Below, one piece after another: positions 50,026-58,170 of a stretch of 64,000 nt of DNA (positions are counted from its first letter, which is position 1; the number at the start of each line of letters is the position of its first letter). The notes below the pieces were generated by a model. It was not told where the DNA came from. It did not search any database and saw only the letters and a program-made list of their open reading frames with translations. The position numbers and the translations under genes were made by a program. The DNA is taken from the IMG/VR virus record IMGVR_UViG_3300034103_001442, positions 1 to 64,000 of that record; one strand, given 5' to 3'. The DNA comes from a virus.

Positions 50026-51041
50026 GTGGTAAAAACTCTATTGTGAGTGTCGGTGCATCTTATGAACTCAACCTTGTCTGCAAATTGAGAAAGGTTGGCT
50101 GCACCTACGTAAGTGCATGCGCTTCTGAGCCCTCCGAGCAAGTCTCTGACCGTATTGGACACTGGTCCACGATAAGGTATGGTGACGGTTCTGCCCTCGC
50201 TACTACGGTAATCGGCAACGCCGCCATTGTGTTTGTTCATTGCGGTATCACTGCTCATACCGTAAAACATCACTTTACCATCAATGGGTTTCCTACAACC
50301 CTCATCATGACCAGCGAGCATACCGCCAAGCATTACAAAGTCGGCACCTGCGCCAAATGCTTTAGCAACATCGCCAGGAGAAGTGCAGCCGCCATCAGCA
50401 ATGATATGACCGCCCAAAACGTGAGCAGCATGAGCGCATTCGAGTACTGCTGACAATTGCGGGTAGCCCACTCCAGTTTGTAGACGAGTAGTGCACACAC
50501 TACCAGGACCAATACCAACTTTAACAATATCAACGCCATTCTTAATTAACTCCATTGTCATATCACCAGTGACAACGTTACCCGCAATGAGCGTGGTGGT
50601 TGGAAATTGAGTCCGCAAAATCCGAATTGTATCAATAAATGAATCCGTGTAACCATTAGCAACATCAAGGCAAATATATTGAGGTATGGATGCCTTGAAA
50701 ACTCTAGTCAGTTTTATCAGGTCATTATTATTAGTGCCAATTGAAATCGCAGAATTTGGTTTGGGTGATCTGAAATGACGAATCAATTCTTCTTCGCTGT
50801 AATGCTTAATCAAACAAGTGAACATGTTGTATTTGTCAAGTTCACTTTCCATATTAAAAGTGCCCACCCCATCCATGTTTGCTGCCATGATTGGAGTGCC
50901 AGTGTATTTTTTCTTTGAGTGCTTGAAGGTGTAATTTACATTCAAGTCAACTTCTGATCGTGACTTGAGTTTTGATCGTTTTGGCACAATCAAAACATCA
51001 CTGTAATTGTATTTCAATTCTTCAATTATTTTCATATACAT
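50022..51041 (-). CDS. guaC: GMP reductase
   Basis: DVLI.PKRS.L.SRS.V...PIMAANMDGVGTF...CLDVANGY...AGNVVT...VKVGIGPGSVCTTR..TGVGYPQLSAV.EC...IIADGGC..PGDVAKAFGAGADFVMLGGMLAGH.E...FYGMSS..AM..H.GGVA.YRSSEG; no CBS domains. Confidence 0.93.
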   Translation of the reverse strand: MYMKIIEELKYNYSDVLIVPKRSKLKSRSEVDLNVNYTFKHSKKKYTGTPIMAANMDGVGTFNMESELDKYNMFTCLIKHYSEEELIRHFRSPKPNSAISIGTNNNDLIKLTRVFKASIPQYICLDVANGYTDSFIDTIRILRTQFPTTTLIAGNVVTGDMTMELIKNGVDIVKVGIGPGSVCTTRLQTGVGYPQLSAVLECAHAAHVLGGHIIADGGCTSPGDVAKAFGAGADFVMLGGMLAGHDEGCRKPIDGKVMFYGMSSDTAMNKHNGGVADYRSSEGRTVTIPYRGPVSNTVRDLLGGLRSACTYVGAANLSQFADKVEFIRCTDTHNRVFTT

Positions 51042-51156
51042 CCCAAAAAGAATTCGGTTTATCTCTGTTGGTGCGCATCCAACTTGATCCTACAAAACTA
51101 CCATCGCTGTGCGACAAACTCTACACCGAAAGGTTGAGCGGTAGGTTTTTATTTAG

Positions 51157-52122
51157 TTACGCCGCCTCGGCAAACTCCACGGCAGTCTCAAGCGCATTGG
51201 TCTTGAGTGTGCGGTTCTGACCGAACCAAGCACTTCGGAGACGAGCATCAGCGGTACGACCAATCACGTGGTCAGTCATAAAGGTGACGGTGTTGAATGC
51301 CTGCCACCAAGTACCCTCAGCAAAGTTCGCTCCTGGTTGCTGATTGATAATATCAAGAGCAATCTTCGCGTTCTTGCTGACTTCCTTCTTACCCTCAACC
51401 TTTGAGGTGATGACAGGGAACACACGGTTGAAGTACTCACCAAGAGTTTCGTTAGTGTATCGCTTCTGACCGAGGAACGCAGCCATTTCCTTATACTGAG
51501 CCAACTTGTCTTTCGCAATGCCAAGGGTCTGCTTGACCGCATCGCCATCAAACTTACGACGGTGCGAGACCTTTACAACCTGCGAGTTGAGGCTGGAACC
51601 CTGAATGGCAAGGGTGAGTGTGTTGTTGCACACTACGCGGATCGGGGTGAACCGAATGTCAATAGACTGACCATAAGAGTGGGGGTTGGTGAAGAGCAAG
51701 AAACTCTCAACCTTGTCACCACCAAACAGTTCAAAACTGTCATTGACCTTGGCAAGCGCCCAAACAATACGACCGTCAGCAAGTGAACCAGCGGTATGCA
51801 TTTCCATATCACCAGCCGCGACAAAGTCATTGAAGAACTCAAACGCCTCCTGGTTTTGGCAAGGCTCCCAGTCATTGGTGATGACATCGAGAATCTTGTT
51901 ATCAGAACTGCGAACCAGTGCTGATCGGTTAACGCTGGTTTCAACGCCACCAATCATAGCAAAGGCAGGAACAGGGGTGACAGTCCAATCCAACTTCGCT
52001 GCCTGAAGCATTTGCTCGGGCGAAACGTCATTGGGAACCTTTACACCAAGACCGTGCCAAGGGGTCTCACCAGCATAAGCCATGTGAGCAAAACCATCAA
52101 CCACTTCAATCATATGTGCCAT
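51157..52122 (-). CDS. DUF932/DUF945-family phage/plasmid protein
   Basis: MAHMIE...MAYAGETPWHGLG...LDW.V...QN.EAFEFF...TAGSL..G..VWALA...TPIRVVCNNTL...GTWWQAFN.VT...DH. Confidence 0.88.
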   Translation of the reverse strand: MAHMIEVVDGFAHMAYAGETPWHGLGVKVPNDVSPEQMLQAAKLDWTVTPVPAFAMIGGVETSVNRSALVRSSDNKILDVITNDWEPCQNQEAFEFFNDFVAAGDMEMHTAGSLADGRIVWALAKVNDSFELFGGDKVESFLLFTNPHSYGQSIDIRFTPIRVVCNNTLTLAIQGSSLNSQVVKVSHRRKFDGDAVKQTLGIAKDKLAQYKEMAAFLGQKRYTNETLGEYFNRVFPVITSKVEGKKEVSKNAKIALDIINQQPGANFAEGTWWQAFNTVTFMTDHVIGRTADARLRSAWFGQNRTLKTNALETAVEFAEAA

Positions 52123-52135
52123 AACAAATTACTCC

Positions 52136-52309
52136 TTAAATATCCAAATCACAAACATCATAATCAATTTCACCACGTTCATAACAAGAGATCACGTCAT
52201 GAACCATTTCTAAAGAAACTCCAAGTGACTTGGAAATTTCCTCTTCCTTCATGCCATCATTGCAATACATATCAATGATGTCAATTTCAATGTTCTTAAA
52301 GAATCCCAT
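52136..52309 (-). CDS. Small acidic hypothetical protein (57 aa, HTH-like)
   Basis: Below the ORF-track cutoff: MGFFKNIEIDIIDMYCNDGMKEEEISKSLGVSLEMVHDVISCYERGEIDYDVCDLDI*; start overlaps the upstream stop. Confidence 0.65.
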   Translation of the reverse strand: MGFFKNIEIDIIDMYCNDGMKEEEISKSLGVSLEMVHDVISCYERGEIDYDVCDLDI

Positions 52310-52518
52310 TATTTTTGCTCCATCAAATACTTCATTCGATTTTCAATGTACTTACGAGCCTGAGGACTCTCATCCATCATCATACCGAGAAGTGATTCAA
52401 GGTAGCCAACCATGTACTGACTCGGCTTGGTGATGTTCAACTTGTTGATTGCACGATCCTCAACCAGTTTGACAAAGGACTGGGCGAGGGCGAAATTGTT
52501 TATTGCTTTATTTTTCAT
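52309..52518 (-). CDS. Hypothetical early protein
   Basis: 69-aa ORF directly behind a family promoter. Confidence 0.7.
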   Translation of the reverse strand: MKNKAINNFALAQSFVKLVEDRAINKLNITKPSQYMVGYLESLLGMMMDESPQARKYIENRMKYLMEQK

Positions 52519-52524
52519 ACTTCC

Positions 52525-52553
52525 AGTATACGTTTTTTCAGAAATAAAATAAA
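52525..52553 (-). promoter_or_regulatory. Early/middle promoter TTTATT-17-TATACT with TTTATTTCTGAAA box
   Basis: Repeated promoter motif; ATG lies 6 nt after the -10. Confidence 0.8.
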
Positions 52554-52561
52554 GTCTTTTT

Positions 52562-52717
52562 TTAAGAATTTTTCAACAACTGAACTTTTTCTTCAATTTC
52601 CGCAAGACGACGTTCAGTCTCAGCATTGTCAATCGGAGAAAGTTGACCACGAACTTCTGAAAGGAAAATCCACTGCTCAACCAAACGGTCAATCATTTGT
52701 TGTTTGTCAATAGGCAT
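52562..52717 (-). CDS. Hypothetical early protein
   Basis: MPIDKQQMIDRL...; start reassigned to ATG 52717, just after the upstream stop. Confidence 0.6.
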   Translation of the reverse strand: MPIDKQQMIDRLVEQWIFLSEVRGQLSPIDNAETERRLAEIEEKVQLLKNS

Positions 52718-52718
52718 A

Positions 52719-52940
52719 TTACACCCAGTCCTTATGATTGTCAGACTCTTCGTTTTCGTCAAAGCCAAGGTTGTACTCATAAATTTCATCCTTGGTCATA
52801 TTTTCTTCAAGGATTTCTTCACTGTTGTACGTGTCTCCACGGAAAAAATGCGGGCGACGAGGGCGACGGTAGTAACTGTCAGCGGAACCGCGATCATACG
52901 GACCACCGTGGCGGCGATTGATTTCCAATACACGTGACAT
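52719..52940 (-). CDS. Hypothetical phage protein (HGGPYDRGSADSYY family)
   Basis: Recurrent small-phage-protein motif RHGGPYDRGSADSYY.R...PH; start reassigned to ATG 52940. Confidence 0.75.
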   Translation of the reverse strand: MSRVLEINRRHGGPYDRGSADSYYRRPRRPHFFRGDTYNSEEILEENMTKDEIYEYNLGFDENEESDNHKDWV

Positions 52941-52941
52941 T

Positions 52942-53220
52942 TTACTTTTGCTCCGTGGTATAAACTGAAAGGATCCATTTGGCACGATTGAGCAACTGAC
53001 GAATGTCATCACGCTCCATCCAATCAATTTCACCCTGAACAGGATCAACCATGTTGCTGGCATCACTGATCAACCTGATTGCCATTGCGGTGGGGCTGGA
53101 AAACCTGAAAGACAAATTTTCAGTAACTACCTCACGCATTTGCTCAACCGTACAGCCGTAAATGGCAACTTCACGCTTTTCAGCGTCGCTCATATTCAAA
53201 TATGTGTTTTCGTTTATCAT
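52942..53220 (-). CDS. Hypothetical early protein
   Basis: 92-aa ORF behind a family promoter. Confidence 0.7.
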   Translation of the reverse strand: MINENTYLNMSDAEKREVAIYGCTVEQMREVVTENLSFRFSSPTAMAIRLISDASNMVDPVQGEIDWMERDDIRQLLNRAKWILSVYTTEQK

Positions 53221-53226
53221 AGAACC

Positions 53227-53255
53227 AGTATACGTTCTTTCAGAAATAAAGAAAA
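53227..53255 (-). promoter_or_regulatory. Early/middle promoter TTTTCT-17-TATACT with TTTATTTCTGAAA box
   Basis: Repeated promoter motif; ATG lies 6 nt after the -10. Confidence 0.8.
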
Positions 53256-53267
53256 GTTTTTTTTAAA

Positions 53268-53456
53268 TTAAAGCGGATGACGGTCTTGGTAAGTGTCCAT
53301 CCAGTTTTTTAGATACTGTCTGGCTTCTTGCTTGTTGACCCCAAACACTTCAGAAATATACGGTGCTGCTCCAAACATGTTGATCGCACCAGACTTTTGC
53401 ATAGTGTCCAGATAAATGTTGACCTTTTTTTGCATTTCCATTCTAAACTTATCCAT
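53268..53456 (-). CDS. Hypothetical phage protein
   Basis: YLD....SGAINMFGAAPY....FG....EAR..L..WM is a recurrent phage motif. Confidence 0.75.
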   Translation of the reverse strand: MDKFRMEMQKKVNIYLDTMQKSGAINMFGAAPYISEVFGVNKQEARQYLKNWMDTYQDRHPL

Positions 53457-53458
53457 GA

Positions 53459-53824
53459 TTAACCCCAATTTTTGCCGCTGAGATAACCATACGGAACACC
53501 GAGTTCGAACTCGAGAGACTCAACGCTACCGTAGGTGTTGTATGCATCATGCAGTTGGCGAATTACATCCTCGCGCGACTCACCAAATTGCTGCTTGAAC
53601 CGAACACGCTCTTCAAACTTGGCAATCGCCTCCTCATGATAACGTTTTTCCTCGCGGATCGAATCGCCGACAGCGTCGACAAGTTGATCCCAAAGATCCT
53701 GCTTACCGTCGTCATCGAGACAGTCCCACTCACGGTAAAAAGTCTCATTAGGACGGAAGCCATAGGCATCCTTGTGAAGGTCGGAGAGAATGTTTTCGTC
53801 AAAAGTGTATGTCGTAGTGTTCAT
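53459..53824 (-). CDS. Hypothetical phage protein
   Basis: SDLHKDAYGFRP...GVPYGYL recurrent phage family; lies behind a family promoter. Confidence 0.75.
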   Translation of the reverse strand: MNTTTYTFDENILSDLHKDAYGFRPNETFYREWDCLDDDGKQDLWDQLVDAVGDSIREEKRYHEEAIAKFEERVRFKQQFGESREDVIRQLHDAYNTYGSVESLEFELGVPYGYLSGKNWG

Positions 53825-53832
53825 ATAGAGCC

Positions 53833-53861
53833 AGTATAGGTTATTTCAGAAATAAAATAAA
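53833..53861 (-). promoter_or_regulatory. Early/middle promoter TTTATT-17-TATACT with TTTATTTCTGAAA box
   Basis: Repeated promoter motif; ATG lies 8 nt after the -10. Confidence 0.8.
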
Positions 53862-53867
53862 GTCTTT

Positions 53868-54143
53868 TTAAGACTTTGCTCGCTTGAGAATCTCACCAAC
53901 ATGGAACACTGAGAAATAAAACGGAACCATTTTGCGAGTTTGATCCTCGTCAGCACCCTTCTTTTCAACCAAACGCATAAGACGAGCAGCAGACTTCAGA
54001 CCTTTCATCTTGGCACCAGACATGCCAGGGATCTTGATTGCTTGCTTGAAGGTAACAAACGCATCGCCCTCTTCAAACCCAAGGCTCTCAAGGATGTCAG
54101 CATTTTGACCCGTATACTCGTGACCAGAAACATAATTACGCAT
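53868..54143 (-). CDS. ArdC N-terminal-like ssDNA-binding domain protein
   Basis: N.VSG.EY.GQN...L.........FVTFKQA...G...KG.K......F.VF resembles the ArdC/DUF1738 N-domain; start ATG 54143 after GAAAGG. Confidence 0.6.
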   Translation of the reverse strand: MRNYVSGHEYTGQNADILESLGFEEGDAFVTFKQAIKIPGMSGAKMKGLKSAARLMRLVEKKGADEDQTRKMVPFYFSVFHVGEILKRAKS

Positions 54144-54178
54144 TTCAAATTTCCTTTCAATTACCAAACTATAGATCC

Positions 54179-54207
54179 AGTATAAGTTATTTCAGAAATA
54201 AAAAAAA
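54179..54207 (-). promoter_or_regulatory. Early/middle promoter (TTTATTTCTGAAA box plus TATACT) overlapping the porin terminator U-tract
   Basis: Repeated promoter motif with no canonical -35. Confidence 0.75.
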
Positions 54208-54230
54208 GGGGTGACATTATGCCACCCCTC
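54200..54230 (-). terminator. Rho-independent terminator after the pstS-porin operon
   Basis: Minus strand GAGGGGTGGC-ATAAT-GTCACCCC-TTTTTTTT. Confidence 0.85.
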
Positions 54231-54252
54231 TTCATCTAGTTTCTTTTAGAAA

Positions 54253-55224
54253 TTAGAAAGCAAATACAAGATCGACCATGAGTCGCTTGTAATCGGCTTT
54301 GGCTGCGCCAACCTCTACATCAAAGAGACTGCCACGAACCATCCAACCATCAGCAAGCCCATAGGCTGCGCGAATGGCTGTACCGTCATGAAGTGTTGCT
54401 TCACCACCAAAGTCACTATCAGTCCAAACGGCTGAAAGTGCGTTGGCTTCCGCATCTTGCTTCAATACGCTAACTTCCCAGTCACCTGCTTTCTTTGCAT
54501 TTCCAAAGGTAACACCGTATGCTGTTGCCTTGTCTTGGGTTTTAGCCTCATCGTTGGTTAGTTGCTCAACAAAAAGTTTTACTGGAACACCAGCAACATC
54601 CTTCTTGAGTGATGCACCTAAAATAAGTTGATCATGCTTCACGAAAGCATTACCAACTTTGACCTCCTGCTTTAATGTTGTTGCATGAGCCGCAACATCA
54701 AGACCAGCAAGTTTCTTATTCAAACCAACTTGCAGACCAACAAGATCGCTGTCTTTAGCAACGCCACCTTCAGCTAATTTTAAGTTGAAAGCACTGGCTG
54801 AAAGACCGCTATCATGTTTCATTGCAACTGCCAATCCTTCTGGCTTGATATCGTTATCAAAAAATAACGCATCAGATGCCCAAGGACGATTCATTTTGCC
54901 AAGTGTTACCTTTGCAAATGGCGCAGCTGCATATTCAACATATGCCAAATCGAGTCCAACATTCTTTAATGAATTACCTTCGCCCATGTCATTCCAACCA
55001 GACTTTGTAGTACCAGTGCGAACACCAAATACAACTTTTGTCTTGTCGTTGACATCAGCAGTTGTTTTCAACTGCAAACGGAGACGATCACGATTTGAAT
55101 CGGTGAGACCAAGTTGAAGATCATCATTGCGATAACCTAAACCACCACCGAACTTTACATCAGCGGCTTGCGCTACTGAGAACATTGTGCCCAAAATAAC
55201 AAATGTTAAAATTGCTTTACGCAT
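54253..55224 (-). CDS. Outer-membrane beta-barrel putative porin
   Basis: Signal peptide (..AQA), R.RLRL, LDLAY..Y, GKM..P, D.DIKPEG, amphipathic beta strands and a C-terminal Phe (DLVFAF). Confidence 0.85.
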   Translation of the reverse strand: MRKAILTFVILGTMFSVAQAADVKFGGGLGYRNDDLQLGLTDSNRDRLRLQLKTTADVNDKTKVVFGVRTGTTKSGWNDMGEGNSLKNVGLDLAYVEYAAAPFAKVTLGKMNRPWASDALFFDNDIKPEGLAVAMKHDSGLSASAFNLKLAEGGVAKDSDLVGLQVGLNKKLAGLDVAAHATTLKQEVKVGNAFVKHDQLILGASLKKDVAGVPVKLFVEQLTNDEAKTQDKATAYGVTFGNAKKAGDWEVSVLKQDAEANALSAVWTDSDFGGEATLHDGTAIRAAYGLADGWMVRGSLFDVEVGAAKADYKRLMVDLVFAF

Positions 55225-55251
55225 TTTTTACTCCTTATCTACACCGCGAAA

Positions 55252-56250
55252 TTACGGCTTGAAGTTTTTCATTGACTTAACATCTGCTCTTGTTTTAGCA
55301 AGTTCAGATGGGTCAAGAGAAACTAAACCACGGTCTGAAAGATAACCTTCCTCGCCAATGGCTTTGTTACTCACATACTCTTCCATAAATTCTTTTAAGC
55401 CAGGAATGACACCAATGTGCGCTTTCTTGACATAAATGAATAATGGTCGTGCAGCCGTATATTTAGCATTTGAGATAGTTTCAAAATTTGGACTAATACC
55501 ATCAATTTTCAATGCTTTAATTTTATCTGCGTTTTCTTCTAGGAAAGAATAACCAAAAATACCGAGGGCATTTTTATTTGCTGCTAATTTTTGAACAATA
55601 AGGTTATCGTTCTCACCTGCTTCAATATATGCACCGTCTTCACGAATTAAATGACACTTCTTTTTATCATCAAATGGGCAACCTGCTTCCATAAAGAGTT
55701 CGTGAAATGAGTCACGTGTGCCAGAAGTTGGTGGTGGACCAAGCACTTCAATTTTTGTAGCAGGAAGTGAAGCATCAATTTGATTCCATGTCTTATATGG
55801 ATTTGGAATTAAATTTCCTGATGCATCTGGAACTTGCTTTGCTAATGCTTTCCAAAGTTGTTCCTTTGTGATATTGGTAAATTTACCTGCCTTTGATTCA
55901 GCAACGGTCAAACCATCGTAACCAATTTTGATTTCAACAATTTCACCAACGCCATTTTTTGTGCAAGTTTCAAACTCGCCCTTCTTCATTGCGCGTGATG
56001 CGTTTGCTACATCTGGAAACTGTGGACCAACGCCATTACAAAATAATTTAATACCGCCACCAGTACCTGTTGATTCAACCTTTGGGGTCTTAAACTTTCC
56101 AGCACGACCGAATTGCTCGGCGACGGCTGTTGTAAATGGATATACTGTTGAAGATCCTACTACAGAAATTTGGTCTCTGCCTTGCGCATTTGCAACGTGA
56201 GAAATTAGGATCAAACCGAAAACGAAAAGAACTGCGAGTTTAGACTTCAT
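55252..56250 (-). CDS. pstS: Phosphate ABC transporter periplasmic binding protein PstS
   Basis: Signal peptide; ISVVGSSTVYPF...VESTGTGGG.KLFC.G......ANASR...GYDG...GPPPTSGTRDSF...GIFGYSFL...RPLFIYVK. Confidence 0.95.
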   Translation of the reverse strand: MKSKLAVLFVFGLILISHVANAQGRDQISVVGSSTVYPFTTAVAEQFGRAGKFKTPKVESTGTGGGIKLFCNGVGPQFPDVANASRAMKKGEFETCTKNGVGEIVEIKIGYDGLTVAESKAGKFTNITKEQLWKALAKQVPDASGNLIPNPYKTWNQIDASLPATKIEVLGPPPTSGTRDSFHELFMEAGCPFDDKKKCHLIREDGAYIEAGENDNLIVQKLAANKNALGIFGYSFLEENADKIKALKIDGISPNFETISNAKYTAARPLFIYVKKAHIGVIPGLKEFMEEYVSNKAIGEEGYLSDRGLVSLDPSELAKTRADVKSMKNFKP

Positions 56251-56264
56251 AAACTGACTCCTTG

Positions 56265-56324
56265 TTATTACACTATCTGCCGTTTATTTAAAACGGGAAT
56301 GTCCAGATTTTGGGGGTGTAATAA
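56265..56324. promoter_or_regulatory. Nested inverted repeat / long hairpin upstream of pstS
   Basis: TTATTACAC/GTGTAATAA, ATCTG/CAGAT and CCGTTT/AAACGG nested arms; the loop carries TAAATA on the minus strand. Confidence 0.65.
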
Positions 56325-56328
56325 AAAT

Positions 56329-57021
56329 TTAATTTTTGTGGTAGTTTTTAACCATCCCAGCAGCCTTTTCGATATACTTCACTGGCGACTCTATGAATAT
56401 TTGTGGCTTGGTTTCAGATTCAACACATATTCCAATCATAATCTTTTTGACGGGAATACCAGTCATTTCCCAAAACATGTAGGAATAAAGTGATGCTTGG
56501 AGGAAATAACTCTCAATCCACTCTTTCTTTTTTGTTTTGTCTGAAGTTTTGAAGTCGATAATAGAAATTTCATCATCATATTCGGCGATCAAGTCAACGC
56601 GACCTGCAACCTTTAATTTGTGAGACACTAGTGGTGACTCAACGCAATAAATGTTATCAACCTTATTATCAAGCACTTCCTTCATTTGATTGAATAACAT
56701 TTTAGTAGTCGGCATTTCTTCGCTGAAATTTACATCCTCATTGAGAACATATTTTTCACAGGCAAGGTGGAGTGCTTTTCCTCTTGATGCGGCACGCCTT
56801 GATATTTTATTTGCCTCAGCCTCACCTACACGCTTGCGCCATTCAAACAATGAAGTCTTGTCTGTCATAGAATCAAGCACTGTAGTTACTGATGGATAAG
56901 CATCGCCAGTTTCCATTACATAGTAGCGTTTGCCATTCTTACTGATTGTGTTTAGGTCTGGAAAATCAAGCAGTTTGTGTGTAAAGTTTTTACGCTTGAA
57001 GACCGAGTTTTTCTCTTGCAA
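56329..57021 (-). CDS. PD-(D/E)XK exonuclease
   Basis: YPSVTTVL...WRKRVGE.EAN......RG...H...E..L......AGRVDLIAEYD...SIIDFKTS...YFLQ...Y. Confidence 0.9.
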   Translation of the reverse strand: MQEKNSVFKRKNFTHKLLDFPDLNTISKNGKRYYVMETGDAYPSVTTVLDSMTDKTSLFEWRKRVGEAEANKISRRAASRGKALHLACEKYVLNEDVNFSEEMPTTKMLFNQMKEVLDNKVDNIYCVESPLVSHKLKVAGRVDLIAEYDDEISIIDFKTSDKTKKKEWIESYFLQASLYSYMFWEMTGIPVKKIMIGICVESETKPQIFIESPVKYIEKAAGMVKNYHKN

Positions 57022-57745
57022 TGATGTACTCTTTTACCAATTTTGATCTGACAATATCTTTTTCTTGAAAATCAATATGCTCAAAGTCAGATAATTTGTT
57101 TATAATTTTAATGAAGTCTTGTAAGCCATTTCGTTCTTGATCACGTGTTAAATCAGACTGTCGAAAGTCCCCACAAAACATCACTCTACAGTTTTTGCCG
57201 ATGCGAGTTATAACTGAATCAAGTTCATGAAAAGTCATGTTGTTGATTTCATCTACAATCACATAGCAATCATTCAACGTTGTCCCACGAATAAACGACG
57301 TGGACATAAATTCAATTGCACCCCTTTGCTTCAAAACTTCATAAGCATCACCACGCTTGTATAGTTCTGAACAAATTGCCATGTATGGTGCTTCATACAC
57401 TTTCATTTTTTCTTTTTGATTGCCAGGTAGAAATCCCATATCGCGAGTGGGAACTACGCTTCTGACAATGTATATTTTATTTTGGACAGAGGCTCCATCC
57501 ATCAGCTGTTTTAAAGCAAGATACAGTGAGACAAAAGTCTTTCCTGTTCCTGCCATACCGTGCAACATTAAGTGTTTTTGTTGTTCAAACGCTTCAAATG
57601 TTTTTCTTTGGTTTTCGGTTATCGGCTGTATGTTTGCTAGTTTAAAGTTCGGTGAGGTAAATGTTGGTTTATTGCTTTCATCCAGTTCGCCATTTTGTTT
57701 CAGTATTCTTTTTTCTCTTTTTGTTAATCTTTTTGTAGTTGACAC
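56990..57745 (-). CDS. phoH: PhoH-family ATPase
   Basis: P.TENQ...L.G.AGTGKTF...RS.VPTRDMGFLPG...TSFIRG.T.....IVDE..N...HELDS..TR.G......GD.RQSD...DIVRS.LVKEYI. Confidence 0.95.
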   Translation of the reverse strand: MSTTKRLTKREKRILKQNGELDESNKPTFTSPNFKLANIQPITENQRKTFEAFEQQKHLMLHGMAGTGKTFVSLYLALKQLMDGASVQNKIYIVRSVVPTRDMGFLPGNQKEKMKVYEAPYMAICSELYKRGDAYEVLKQRGAIEFMSTSFIRGTTLNDCYVIVDEINNMTFHELDSVITRIGKNCRVMFCGDFRQSDLTRDQERNGLQDFIKIINKLSDFEHIDFQEKDIVRSKLVKEYIIAREKLGLQA

Positions 57746-57753
57746 TGATAATC

Positions 57754-57981
57754 CTAAAATGTGTTGATGTTGGAGCCTCTGTGCTTTGATTTAATCTTTT
57801 TCAAAACATCCCTAAAACCAGCCGCTGGTTTCGTTTTTGTACCCTTATAACTCATTGCTGGAGCAGAATCAATGATCTGCTGAATGTTTGGGTCTTTAAC
57901 TAATTCATCCCTCGCGGAGATTGAAATAGTGTCTTCCCAAACCTTTCCAGTCTTTAAATTTTTAAAGGTATACGTTGGCAT
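57754..57981 (-). CDS. Conserved T4-like small protein (FmdB-like N-terminus)
   Basis: MPTYTFKN..TG...GFRDVLKKIK..H.GS.IN. Confidence 0.75.
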   Translation of the reverse strand: MPTYTFKNLKTGKVWEDTISISARDELVKDPNIQQIIDSAPAMSYKGTKTKPAAGFRDVLKKIKSKHRGSNINTF

Positions 57982-57984
57982 GTT

Positions 57985-58170
57985 TTATTTATAATGATCA
58001 TCGTAAAAATCGTCATAATCATCATCAAGACGTTGAAGCAAGTCAATGTCATTAGTCCTCAAAGCATTACGCAATTTCTTTTCCTTACGCTTTTGCTTCC
58101 TGTCTTCATATGATTCATAACCACGTTCTTCGTCCTCATAAGACTCAAAACGTTTATCTCTTTTACTCAT
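57985..58170 (-). CDS. Small charged hypothetical protein
   Basis: 61-aa ORF overlapping the upstream stop. Confidence 0.65.
   Translation of the reverse strand: MSKRDKRFESYEDEERGYESYEDRKQKRKEKKLRNALRTNDIDLLQRLDDDYDDFYDDHYK

Noticed and set aside
51085-51150. c-di-GMP-I or purine riboswitch call
   Set aside because: Only partial resemblance (GACAAA...GAAA loop, on the antisense strand); conserved cores are missing. Kept only as an unnamed structured-RNA candidate.
49997-54207. Recurring CAGTATA...TTCAGAAATAAA as a CRISPR array
   Set aside because: Copies are hundreds to thousands of bp apart, separated by genes, and have -10/-35 geometry; they are promoters.
56329-57021. Cas4 / CRISPR-associated nuclease
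   Set aside because: Lacks the four-Cys Fe-S motif and any cas context; ordinary T4-like exonuclease beside phoH.
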